Under the pieces are notes generated by a model. The model saw only the letters and a program-made list of their open reading frames with translations, was not told where the DNA came from and did no database searches. A program made the translations under genes and the position numbers. This document shows, piece by piece, positions 18,414 through 26,360 of a stretch of DNA of 64,000 bases. The stretch is taken from assembly GCA_937975915.1 (NCBI GenBank), contig CALJTY010000030.1, positions 144,413 through 208,412 on the forward strand, given 5' to 3'. Every line of letters begins with the position of its first letter. The stretch's first letter is position 1. The DNA is from an uncultured Acidimicrobiaceae bacterium. GTDB lineage: Bacteria > Actinomycetota > Acidimicrobiia > Acidimicrobiales > RAAP-2.

Positions 18414-19345
18414 TCGCCATCCTCGGGCCAACCACCAATGAACTCCACGGCTCCATTGTTGCGCACTAAACGTGCCGACCACCCTGATTGTGCGATGTGA
18501 TACCCAGCGTCTTCTCCCCATAACAGCGCCGCGGTGGCAAAGGCGTTAGCTGTCACACAGTCTGGGGCACTTACGGACGCTGTTGAATAGGGTCCTCGGG
18601 CGTAACTTCCAGTTCGTGGGTCAATGATGTGGTTGGCCGTCTCGCCATTTACCTTCCAGCTTCTTGCACGAAGTGAAGAAGTGGCGATCCCACCACTGCT
18701 CATCGAAACGCTGGGTACTGTCGAGTTGATCGAGAGTGAGTCAGAGATTCCAATGTTCCAAGGATTACGTGGATCAATGCCACGAAGCGCAACATCGCCT
18801 CCTATTTCAACTGCAACCCCACCAAACTTCATTACATCATTCGCTACTAGATCAGCAGTGAGTGCTTTTGCACTTGCGCCAAAATCAATCATGCAATTGT
18901 TCAGCGAAATCTTGTGGCTGCTCTTATCAAAATTGATTGCACTAATTCCAGGTGACGGAACTGATTGGTCGTGATCTATGTATGTTTGACCTACAAGTTC
19001 ATCGAAATCACGGTTGTAACCAAGCTGAAGTAGCGCACTGAGAACTGTCGGGTCACAAAGCCCGCCGGTTATCTCACTCGAGCGAATTGCTGCATCTAAA
19101 GCAACTTCAAAGGTTGGTGAGACTTCGAACGCTTGACCGTTTGAATTATTTAAACGTTGAATTTCAGATTCATCTTTGAAACGGTTGCACGCGCGGTCAA
19201 TTTCACCAATCCAGTACCACAAGCGTTCGTTTGCAAATTCGAAGTGCTCGGCACTCTCAGTTGCAAGCGAGCCAGTAAGTCCCCAAATTTCAAACTTTGC
19301 GGCTGTTAGTGACACGTCACGTGCCCAGACGGAGTCGAGTAGCAA
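18410..19345 (-). CDS. apbE: FAD:protein FMN transferase (ApbE family)
   Basis: N-terminal FEIWGLTGSLA aligns with the ApbE MGT region, and C-terminal DCVTANAFATAALLWG with the DA..TA motif. TTG start at 19345 (alternative GTG at 19315). No signal peptide seen. Confidence 0.8.
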   Translation of the reverse strand: MLLDSVWARDVSLTAAKFEIWGLTGSLATESAEHFEFANERLWYWIGEIDRACNRFKDESEIQRLNNSNGQAFEVSPTFEVALDAAIRSSEITGGLCDPTVLSALLQLGYNRDFDELVGQTYIDHDQSVPSPGISAINFDKSSHKISLNNCMIDFGASAKALTADLVANDVMKFGGVAVEIGGDVALRGIDPRNPWNIGISDSLSINSTVPSVSMSSGGIATSSLRARSWKVNGETANHIIDPRTGSYARGPYSTASVSAPDCVTANAFATAALLWGEDAGYHIAQSGWSARLVRNNGAVEFIGGWPEDGE

Positions 19346-19677
19346 ACCGTGGTGGTTGTGACGGGCCTCTTGGGCGGTGTGTAAACAGTTGTTGGAGTTG
19401 GCGCAACAGTCGTAGGTGTTTGTGGCTGGGTCGTCGGTGTGCCAGGACGTGGACGTGTGGTTGGTGTCAAGGGGTTTGAAACTGTTGTTGTAGGAATTGG
19501 TGTGACGCCAGTAGGTGTTGTAACTACTGGGAAAGTTGTTACGGGCTTTGCCTTTGCTGAGGCGTAGCCAACGAAGAGCACTGAAAGTGTGCTGGCAGCA
19601 AGGAACACTGCCTGGGTGAGTCGTCGTACCCGTATGAACTGACGGTCACGCTGCTGGGGAGTCCTTGCTGTTCTCAT
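19306..19677 (-). CDS. Membrane-anchored Pro/Thr-rich protein with C-terminal Cys/His tail
   Basis: Basic N-terminus, one TM helix (AVFLAASTLSVLFVGYA), about 75 aa of P/T-rich spacer, and the terminal sequence VCYSTPSGHVTCH. It overlaps the ApbE ORF by 40 nt and may instead be the N-terminal part of ApbE. Confidence 0.5.
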   Translation of the reverse strand: MRTARTPQQRDRQFIRVRRLTQAVFLAASTLSVLFVGYASAKAKPVTTFPVVTTPTGVTPIPTTTVSNPLTPTTRPRPGTPTTQPQTPTTVAPTPTTVYTPPKRPVTTTTVCYSTPSGHVTCH

Positions 19678-19701
19678 GTTGTTAATACTGCTACGTCAAT
19701 G

Positions 19702-19725
19702 TATGAAAACGTATTCGTTTTCATA
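19702..19725 (-). promoter_or_regulatory. Perfect 10-bp inverted repeat (candidate operator or weak terminator) between the histidine kinase stop and the redox operon start
   Basis: TATGAAAACG-TATT-CGTTTTCATA. It is AT-rich and has no downstream U-tract on the transcribed strand. Confidence 0.35.
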
Positions 19726-19746
19726 AGAAATTCCTCTGAATTATCC

Positions 19747-21093
19747 TCAGACGCCTTTTATTACAGGAAAATTGATGGTGAATCTGGCTCCACCGAGTTC
19801 TGGGTCTTTGTCAACGACCACCACACCATTGAATTCACGCACGACCTGGGCAACGATTGAAAGGCCAAGTCCTGAACCCGGAAGTGAGCGAGATGATGGT
19901 GCTCTCCAAAAGCGGTCAAAAACAAAAGGTCGATCTTCTTCGTTAACACCCGGACCGCTGTCGCTCACGGTTATTGAACCATTGGAAGTCTTTACGAGGA
20001 TTCGACCATTTTCGGGGGTGAACTTGACTGCGTTCGTCAGCAAATTGCTGACAGCGCGTTCGAGTCGGTCACGACGACCAGAAATTGAAGAAGCTTCGAG
20101 TTCTGAATCAATGGTGATGTGCTTAATTCGTGCGTAGGTTTTTGCAGTGTCAACTGCTTCTTGGACGCAGTCTTCGAGGTGAAGTACGACTACTTCGCCT
20201 TCACTTCGCTCACCTCTTGAAAGCTCGCCTAGATCAGTTACGAGAACTGACAACTCATCCACTTGAGTGATGATGTCGGCTTTCAACTGTTGTAAGTCTT
20301 CGTCAGATAGCTCAGAGGCTCTGGACATAACTTGGGCATTGGTGCGAAGCGAAGTGAGGGGAGTTCGTAGCTCGTGACTTGCATCCAGGACCAGCTGTCT
20401 CTGGAGGAGTTGGCTATCTTCCACTGAGTTCAACAACTTATTGAATACGCTTCTCAAGCGCCCGAGTTCGTCATCACTGCCTTCTGCAATTCTGTAGCTG
20501 AGATCCTGTGTACTCGCCACAGTTTCAATTTCATTCGTTACCGATTCAAGTGGTCGAAGTGCGGTGCGGGCAATGAAAGTACCAAGTATGAAGGCGAGGA
20601 AAACTCCGCCGAGTGCTACCAACAACAACGTTCCAATCAGGTGACGCAGCTGGTTCGTTTCTCCTGAAATGTTGATGACAAAAAGTTGCGCTGAAGTTGA
20701 AGCAACTTTGCAGATTTCGTCACCACAGTTGACTTGTGTGCCGCTGGGGATTGGAACAATAAGTTCTCTAAAGGGTGATTCGTTGATCTCAACTGTTCTC
20801 AGCTGTTCTCCAAGTTGGCCTCTGGCGACTTTCAGAATTACTGAGTCAATCGGCACCGTGGACTTTGGTGTGGTGGTGCCATTGGCGAGGATTAATTCGG
20901 TGAATGCACCACTTAACTTAAATTCTTCGCCAGATGCATGAGGCCGGGCTACGAGCGCAGCGTTATGTAGTGAAGTATCAACTGAGGCGATCAGTGAATT
21001 CTTTGCGGTCAAGAACGATGCGAAGCAGGCGAGTAGAACTGCAACAGTGGCAACACCAACGGTTGAGAAAATGACTCGATTACGAAATGTCAC
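19747..21093 (-). CDS. Sensor histidine kinase (2 TM, extracytoplasmic sensor, HAMP, HisKA, HATPase_c)
   Basis: H-box SHELRTPLTSL, N-box NLLTNAVKFT, G1 DSGPGV, G2 GSGLGLSI. The extracytoplasmic segment of about 120 aa contains CGDEIC. Confidence 0.9.
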   Translation of the reverse strand: MTFRNRVIFSTVGVATVAVLLACFASFLTAKNSLIASVDTSLHNAALVARPHASGEEFKLSGAFTELILANGTTTPKSTVPIDSVILKVARGQLGEQLRTVEINESPFRELIVPIPSGTQVNCGDEICKVASTSAQLFVINISGETNQLRHLIGTLLLVALGGVFLAFILGTFIARTALRPLESVTNEIETVASTQDLSYRIAEGSDDELGRLRSVFNKLLNSVEDSQLLQRQLVLDASHELRTPLTSLRTNAQVMSRASELSDEDLQQLKADIITQVDELSVLVTDLGELSRGERSEGEVVVLHLEDCVQEAVDTAKTYARIKHITIDSELEASSISGRRDRLERAVSNLLTNAVKFTPENGRILVKTSNGSITVSDSGPGVNEEDRPFVFDRFWRAPSSRSLPGSGLGLSIVAQVVREFNGVVVVDKDPELGGARFTINFPVIKGV

Positions 21094-21791
21094 GAGGAGC
21101 GAAGTGCGTATCCAACGCCACGAACAGTTTGGATGAGACGCTTTGTTTCGTCGTCACCTTCAAGTTTGCGGCGTAAATAGCCAATGTAGACAGCAAGAGA
21201 GTTTGTTCCCGAATCAAAGTTGTAGCCCCAAACGAGGTCGAGTATTTGTTCGCGGGTGAGGACTTGACGAGGGTGTTGCAAAAAGAGTTCTAGAAGGTCA
21301 AATTCAATTTTGGTCAAATCAACTGCACGATCACCACGAAACACTTCACGCGTCTGTGGATTAAGCGTGAGGTCTTCGAAGCGCATGACGTCTGCGAGCC
21401 CATCGCCGGCTCCTTGGCGGCGAAGTAGTGCTCGGAGGCGTGCGAGTAGTTCAGCCAAGTCAAATGGCTTTACGAGGTAATCATCAGCTCCTGCGTCAAG
21501 TCCTTCAACGCGGTCATTCACGGCATCTCGAGCGGTGAGCATCAAAATTGGTGTCACGTCTCCGGCTTTTCGAATGCGTCTACACACTTCAAGCCCATCG
21601 ATGTCAGGAAGCTGCAGATCCAAAATGATTGCGTTTGGTGCACGGAGCTGAATGGCTTTGAGTGCGCTCAGTCCATCTTCAAAGAGTTCAACCTCGTAAT
21701 TTTCCATACGAAGCGCGCGCCCCAGGGCAGTGCGAATAGCACCATCATCGTCAATAATTGCGATGTAGTTGTTGGGACTTGCTGCGCTCAT
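21090..21791 (-). CDS. OmpR-family response regulator
   Basis: Receiver domain (IIDDDGAIR, ILDLQLPDIDG, LMLTARD, KPF) and a winged-helix C-terminus (RGVGYALR). Overlaps the kinase start (GTGA). Confidence 0.9.
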   Translation of the reverse strand: MSAASPNNYIAIIDDDGAIRTALGRALRMENYEVELFEDGLSALKAIQLRAPNAIILDLQLPDIDGLEVCRRIRKAGDVTPILMLTARDAVNDRVEGLDAGADDYLVKPFDLAELLARLRALLRRQGAGDGLADVMRFEDLTLNPQTREVFRGDRAVDLTKIEFDLLELFLQHPRQVLTREQILDLVWGYNFDSGTNSLAVYIGYLRRKLEGDDETKRLIQTVRGVGYALRSS

Positions 21792-21898
21792 AATGGGGCT
21801 TTCATTTGGGTGCTTCGTTTCCCTCTATTGTTGTAGGTGGGTATTAAGCGACTTCAGGTATTCAATAAGAATTTCTGAAGATTAAATGTACCTAACAA

Positions 21899-21972
21899 TG
21901 GCGGATCGTCCAATGGCAGGACAACAGACTTTGAATCTGTGAATCTAGGTTCGACCCCTAGTCCGCCAGCCA
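21899..21972 (+). tRNA. tRNA-Gln (anticodon UUG), CCA encoded
   Basis: Hand-folded cloverleaf: acceptor TGGCGGA/TCCGCCA with U1:A72, D arm GTCC-AATGGCA-GGAC, anticodon arm ACAGA-CTTTGAA-TCTGT, T arm CTAGG-TTCGACC-CCTAG, discriminator G, then CCA. Confidence 0.9.
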
Positions 21973-21977
21973 CATAG

Positions 21978-22868
21978 TTATTTTGCAAATCGACCAAGTA
22001 AAGCCGCCAGTTTCAGGGGCTGGTCCCCCTGGACTGAGTGTCCGGCTTCTTGGATATGAACAATCTCAGCGTGGGGAACACGACGCATCAGTTCACTTTC
22101 ATCATCATCATCCACAACTGAGCCAGCGGCCATTCCTCTTATGAGTGTGACTGGCATTGTGAGTTCGCCGAGCTTGTCCCATAGGTTTCCTACTTCTGGA
22201 GCTTGCAGTTCTGACTTTGGATGTTGCTGATGGCGCCACACCCATGAGCCGTCACTTCGCTGCAACGCATTGTGAAGAATGCCTCGACGCAGCGCCGAAA
22301 CTTTTCGAGTCGGGTTGTGCTCGATCGTTCGAGCAAGCAAATCGTCGAAATCATCAAACGACGTTGGACCGTTCACGAATGCAGTGATGTGTTTTGCTTT
22401 TTCAGCATTGACTCCGGGCGTTATGTCAATGAGTGTCAACGAACTAACTAGCTCGGGATGTGCTGATGCAATCAGGATTGAAGTGAGGCCACCCATGGAC
22501 ATGCCGACGAGGGGCGTTGGTTTCATTACGAGTTGAGCAAGCGCGTTCGAAACATCACTTGCGTGCGCACGGATCGCCGACGAACCGTAGGGGCTGGCGT
22601 CAGAGTGTCCATGATTAGGAAGATCTAGGGCAATGAGCGGTTGCTGGAGTGCGAGAGCAACAGTGTCGTAGGTGTGAGCGTTCTGTGCTCCGCCGTGGAG
22701 CAACACCATCGAGGGCACTTCTTCTTGCCACTGCAGTCCGCTTAGTTTGCGTCCAGCGTCTACTTCGACAAAGAAGCGTCGCACCGATGGGACCGTGACA
22801 TCGAGGTCCCATTCTGCAAGGTTTTCCTGAAAGAAGGAAAACTCGTCATAGTTAATTTCACCCACCAC
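21978..22868 (-). CDS. Alpha/beta hydrolase
   Basis: HG oxyanion motif (VLLHGG), nucleophile elbow GMSMGG, and C-terminal AGH. The ORF-track start at 23078 would overlap divergent glmU. GTG 22868 or a later GTG is more plausible, so the start is uncertain. Confidence 0.75.
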   Translation of the reverse strand: MVGEINYDEFSFFQENLAEWDLDVTVPSVRRFFVEVDAGRKLSGLQWQEEVPSMVLLHGGAQNAHTYDTVALALQQPLIALDLPNHGHSDASPYGSSAIRAHASDVSNALAQLVMKPTPLVGMSMGGLTSILIASAHPELVSSLTLIDITPGVNAEKAKHITAFVNGPTSFDDFDDLLARTIEHNPTRKVSALRRGILHNALQRSDGSWVWRHQQHPKSELQAPEVGNLWDKLGELTMPVTLIRGMAAGSVVDDDDESELMRRVPHAEIVHIQEAGHSVQGDQPLKLAALLGRFAK

Positions 22869-22881
22869 CGAATCGTAGAAG

Positions 22882-23994
22882 ATGAATGCTAGAGATGGTG
22901 GAGTGATTCGACCAACTTGTGTAGTGGTGCTCGCCGCCGGTGAGGGAACCAGGATGAGGTCCTCGAGACCTAAGCCCTTGCACCACATTTGCGGTCGACC
23001 AATGGTTCTGTACGTTCTAGATGCCGCCGCCCAGGAAAACGTCATGGCGACAGTGGTCGTAGTTGGACACGGGGCCACGTGGGTTGAGAAGTCAGTAAGT
23101 GAGCGTGCACGTGAAGATGTACGAATAACTTTCGTTGAGCAGCATGAACAACTAGGAACTGGTCACGCTGTGAGTGTGGCACTGCCAAGCATTAGCGATG
23201 CAATGAATGGTGCCGATGGTGACGTGCTCATCATGCCAGGAGATACGCCACTGCTTCGACAAAGCACCATTGCAAGACTGCTCGAGCAACACCGTGAAAA
23301 AGATGCCGCGATAACAGTCCTCACTGCAATAGTTGACGATCCTTCTGGGTACGGCCGGATTGTCCACGCCAAAAATGGCTCGATCTCTCGGATTGTTGAA
23401 GAGAAAGACGCCAGCGTTGAAGAGCGTGCCATCACTGAAATAAATACTTCAATCATGGTGGTGAAGGAAAGTCTCCTCGGTCCGGCGCTTCGACGTGTTG
23501 ATCGGCAAAATGCTCAGAACGAGTACTACCTAACAGATCTAATTTCTCTGCTGTTTGAAACTGGCCACGTCACGCAGTCGTTTGTGCTGAGTGACGCCAC
23601 TGAAGCCCAGGGAGTAAACGACCGCATGCAGCTGGCAACTGCAGAAGTTGCCATGCGAGAGCGAATCAATGAGCGATGGATGAAACGTGGGGTAACGATG
23701 TGGGACCCCGCCCAGACGTACATTGACGCCGACGTTGAACTTGCACAAGAAGTGTCACTGCTACCGGGAACTGTCCTAAAGGGCAAGTGCGTTATTGCCA
23801 GGGGCGCACAAATAGGCCCACACGCGAGTCTGACCAATGTGATGGTGGGTGAAAATGCCCACGTTGGAACCGTCGATGCGCAGGATGCAAAAATTGGCGC
23901 TGACGCCACAGTGAGTTCGTATGTAGTTCTTGGCTCTGGTGCAGAAATTCTTTCGGGCGAGTTTGTGGCTCCCTTTCAGCACCGGAACCGCTAG
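22882..23994 (+). CDS. glmU: GlmU-like UDP-N-acetylglucosamine pyrophosphorylase with C-terminally truncated left-handed beta-helix
   Basis: LAAGEGTRMRS and the full uridyltransferase domain are present. The LbH region stops at ...GSGAEILSGEFVAPFQHRNR, which aligns to about residue 350 of E. coli GlmU as I remember it. Length is 370 aa against roughly 456-495. Confidence 0.8.
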   Translation: MNARDGGVIRPTCVVVLAAGEGTRMRSSRPKPLHHICGRPMVLYVLDAAAQENVMATVVVVGHGATWVEKSVSERAREDVRITFVEQHEQLGTGHAVSVALPSISDAMNGADGDVLIMPGDTPLLRQSTIARLLEQHREKDAAITVLTAIVDDPSGYGRIVHAKNGSISRIVEEKDASVEERAITEINTSIMVVKESLLGPALRRVDRQNAQNEYYLTDLISLLFETGHVTQSFVLSDATEAQGVNDRMQLATAEVAMRERINERWMKRGVTMWDPAQTYIDADVELAQEVSLLPGTVLKGKCVIARGAQIGPHASLTNVMVGENAHVGTVDAQDAKIGADATVSSYVVLGSGAEILSGEFVAPFQHRNR

Positions 23995-24026
23995 TGCGCA
24001 GGTAATAAAAGAACTACGCTGGCTAC

Positions 24027-25001
24027 GTGGAGTCACTCGCTAAGCGTCGCCTTGTCATCGTCTCGGGTCGCTGTCACCCCGCCCTGGCAAAAGACATTGC
24101 TGGCAAATTAGGTGTTGATTTAACCGAAGCCAACCTTCGAGAATTTGCCAATGGAGAAATTCACTGTCGCTTCGATGAATCAATTCGTGGCGCACACGTC
24201 TTCATTGTGCAGACGCACAGCTCGCCGGTAAATGACGCAGTGATGGAACAACTCATCATGATTGATGCAGCCAAGCGCGCATCTGCAAAAAGTATTACTG
24301 CGGTAATTCCAAACTACGGATACGCACGTCAAGACCGAAAGTCAGCTGGTCGCGAACCAATCACGGCGAAGCTGATTGCCGACATGCTCCAAACCGCTGG
24401 CGCCACAAGAGTTCTTTCAGTGGACTTCCACTCTGGCCAGATTCAGGGATTCTTCGACATCCCAGTTGACCACTTGGTTGCGGCTCCAGTTCTTGAGGAT
24501 TATCTAAAGGCGAATGCGGATCCTCGATCACTTGTTGTTGTTGCTCCTGATGCAGGGCGCGTAAAAGTTGCTGAGCGTTACGCCCAACACCTCGGATGTG
24601 ACCTTGCACTTGTTCACAAAACACGTCCAACAGGAACAATGAATACTGTTGAAGCCCGTCACATCATTGGTGATGTTGACGGGCGACACTGCGTGCTTAT
24701 TGACGACATGATTGACACCGCCGGAACAATTGTTGCGAGTTGCGACCTTCTAAAAGAGAGGGGCGCATCTGAAATCTGGGTGATGGCCACTCACGCAGTC
24801 TTCTCACCACCGGCTGTGGACCGCCTCTTTAACGCTCCGGTAAGTCGCGTGATCGTGACCGACACCTTGCCACTCGGCCCCGAGCGTAGGTTTGAAAAGT
24901 TGGAGATTCTTTCAGTTTCATCCATCATTGCCAACGCAATTTCCGCCATTTTCGAGGATGCATCAGTTTCTGACATCTTCGGCGGCGAGAACCTCCTGTA
25001 G
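24027..25001 (+). CDS. prs: Ribose-phosphate pyrophosphokinase
   Basis: ANGEIHCRFDESIRGAHVFIVQ, DFHSGQIQGFFDIPVDHL and the PRPP loop VLIDDMIDTAGT. GTG start. Confidence 0.95.
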   Translation: MESLAKRRLVIVSGRCHPALAKDIAGKLGVDLTEANLREFANGEIHCRFDESIRGAHVFIVQTHSSPVNDAVMEQLIMIDAAKRASAKSITAVIPNYGYARQDRKSAGREPITAKLIADMLQTAGATRVLSVDFHSGQIQGFFDIPVDHLVAAPVLEDYLKANADPRSLVVVAPDAGRVKVAERYAQHLGCDLALVHKTRPTGTMNTVEARHIIGDVDGRHCVLIDDMIDTAGTIVASCDLLKERGASEIWVMATHAVFSPPAVDRLFNAPVSRVIVTDTLPLGPERRFEKLEILSVSSIIANAISAIFEDASVSDIFGGENLL

Positions 25002-25091
25002 CCAAAAACGCCTATCTGGCCTACCGGCTAGACTTATTTCCCGGTGCCCAGCCCAATTTTGGGCGGCAAACCATTCGTAAGAGGAGTTTTC

Positions 25092-25730
25092 ATGACACAG
25101 GCAACGTTGAACGCGCTGACCACTCGAGACAAGGGTTCACGTAACTCACGCCGCCTACGCGCTGCAGGCTCAATTCCTGCCGTTGTATACGGTGAAGGCG
25201 TTGCTCCACTCGTTGTATCTGTTGATGCGAAAGAGTTCCGTACATCAGTTTCTGGCGACCAGGGACTTAACTCACTGATCACCCTTACCGCTGATGGCAA
25301 GAGCTACACAGTGCTCGCACGTGAGCTACAACGCCACAAGGTTCGTGGGACTGTTGCGCACATTGACTTCCAGGTCGTTGACCCTAACAAGCCAGTTATT
25401 GCGACTGTTCCAGTTCACATGATTGGTGACGCTGTAGAAGTTCGTCACGCTGACTGGGAAATTGACCAGCAGTTGTTCAGTGTTGAACTCAAGGCTCGTC
25501 CTGCAGACGTTCCAACGCACGTTGACGCTGACATTTCTCACTTGACACCAGGCGCGACATTGCACGTTGGAGACCTAGTTCTTCCTGCGGGCGTTGAGCC
25601 AGCTGGCGACAAGAACGCAGCTGTTGTCTCAACACGTCAAGGACGTGTTGCACTCGTTGGTGGTGGCCAAGACGCAGCCGCTGCAGCATCAGATGCTGCC
25701 GCAGCTCCAGCAGCTACCCCTTCGGCGTAG
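25092..25730 (+). CDS. rplY: 50S ribosomal protein L25/Ctc
   Basis: RLRAAGSIPAVVYGEG and a long Ctc-type C-terminus with an Ala-rich tail. ATG 25092 lies 7 nt after AAGAGGAG and is preferred over the track start at 25044. Confidence 0.9.
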   Translation: MTQATLNALTTRDKGSRNSRRLRAAGSIPAVVYGEGVAPLVVSVDAKEFRTSVSGDQGLNSLITLTADGKSYTVLARELQRHKVRGTVAHIDFQVVDPNKPVIATVPVHMIGDAVEVRHADWEIDQQLFSVELKARPADVPTHVDADISHLTPGATLHVGDLVLPAGVEPAGDKNAAVVSTRQGRVALVGGGQDAAAAASDAAAAPAATPSA

Positions 25731-25736
25731 TTCGCC

Positions 25737-26360
25737 GTGGCGCTTCGGCGCTCTAAGGATGAAGAACGAAGAGGAAGTGCATCGTCACTTCTTATTGTCG
25801 GTCTCGCCAATCCAGGACCAGAATACGAAGGAACACGCCACAACGTAGGTGGCGATGCAGTTCGACTCGTATGTGAGCGACGCGGTGTGAAATTAACTCT
25901 TGAACGTCGCCAACGTGCAATGACTGCATCAGTGACGACTCCACGGGGCGTCGTCACACTTGCGGTTCCGACTACCTACATGAATGAATCAGGCGCAGCA
26001 CTACCACCACTTCTAAAGCGCACATCGCTCAATGACCTCGAACACTTAGTAATTGCCCACGACGAGCTTGACCTTGAACCAGGGCGCCTGCAGTTCAAAC
26101 AAGGTGGTGGGCTCGCAGGACACAACGGCCTTCGTTCTATTGCGAGCGCACTGGGGACGCAAGATTTTGCGCGACTTCGCATTGGTATTGGAAAACCAAT
26201 CACCAAAGAGCAGGGTGCTGACCACGTTCTTCGAAAGCCAACTGGTGCGCGTAAAGAAGCCTTGCAACGCGACGTGGTGAGTGCGGCTGACGCGATCGAG
26301 ATGCTTCTTGATTATGACTTTATTGATGCCCAAGCTCGAGTGAATGGTGCTCGTGGCTAA
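25737..26360 (+). CDS. pth: Peptidyl-tRNA hydrolase
   Basis: LLIVGLANPGPEYEGTRHNVG and HDELDL...GGGLAGHNGLRS. Confidence 0.9.
   Translation: MALRRSKDEERRGSASSLLIVGLANPGPEYEGTRHNVGGDAVRLVCERRGVKLTLERRQRAMTASVTTPRGVVTLAVPTTYMNESGAALPPLLKRTSLNDLEHLVIAHDELDLEPGRLQFKQGGGLAGHNGLRSIASALGTQDFARLRIGIGKPITKEQGADHVLRKPTGARKEALQRDVVSAADAIEMLLDYDFIDAQARVNGARG

Noticed and set aside
18414-18521. N-terminal extension of the ferric-reductase-like membrane protein.
   Set aside because: It overlaps the ApbE coding end by 112 nt. ATG 18413 forms a classic ATGA coupling with the ApbE stop and precedes the first TM helix.
19306-19345. Reading the C-terminal C-x9-CH of the Pro/Thr-rich ORF as a genuine c-type haem attachment site.
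   Set aside because: No cytochrome c maturation genes are in the window, the spacing is non-canonical, and the ORF may be a frameshifted ApbE N-terminus. Kept only as a speculative note inside a finding.
22869-23078. N-terminal extension of the alpha/beta hydrolase ORF as given in the ORF track.
   Set aside because: It would overlap the divergent glmU start by about 200 nt, and its Thr/Ala/Pro-rich sequence has no hydrolase similarity. An internal GTG start is more plausible.
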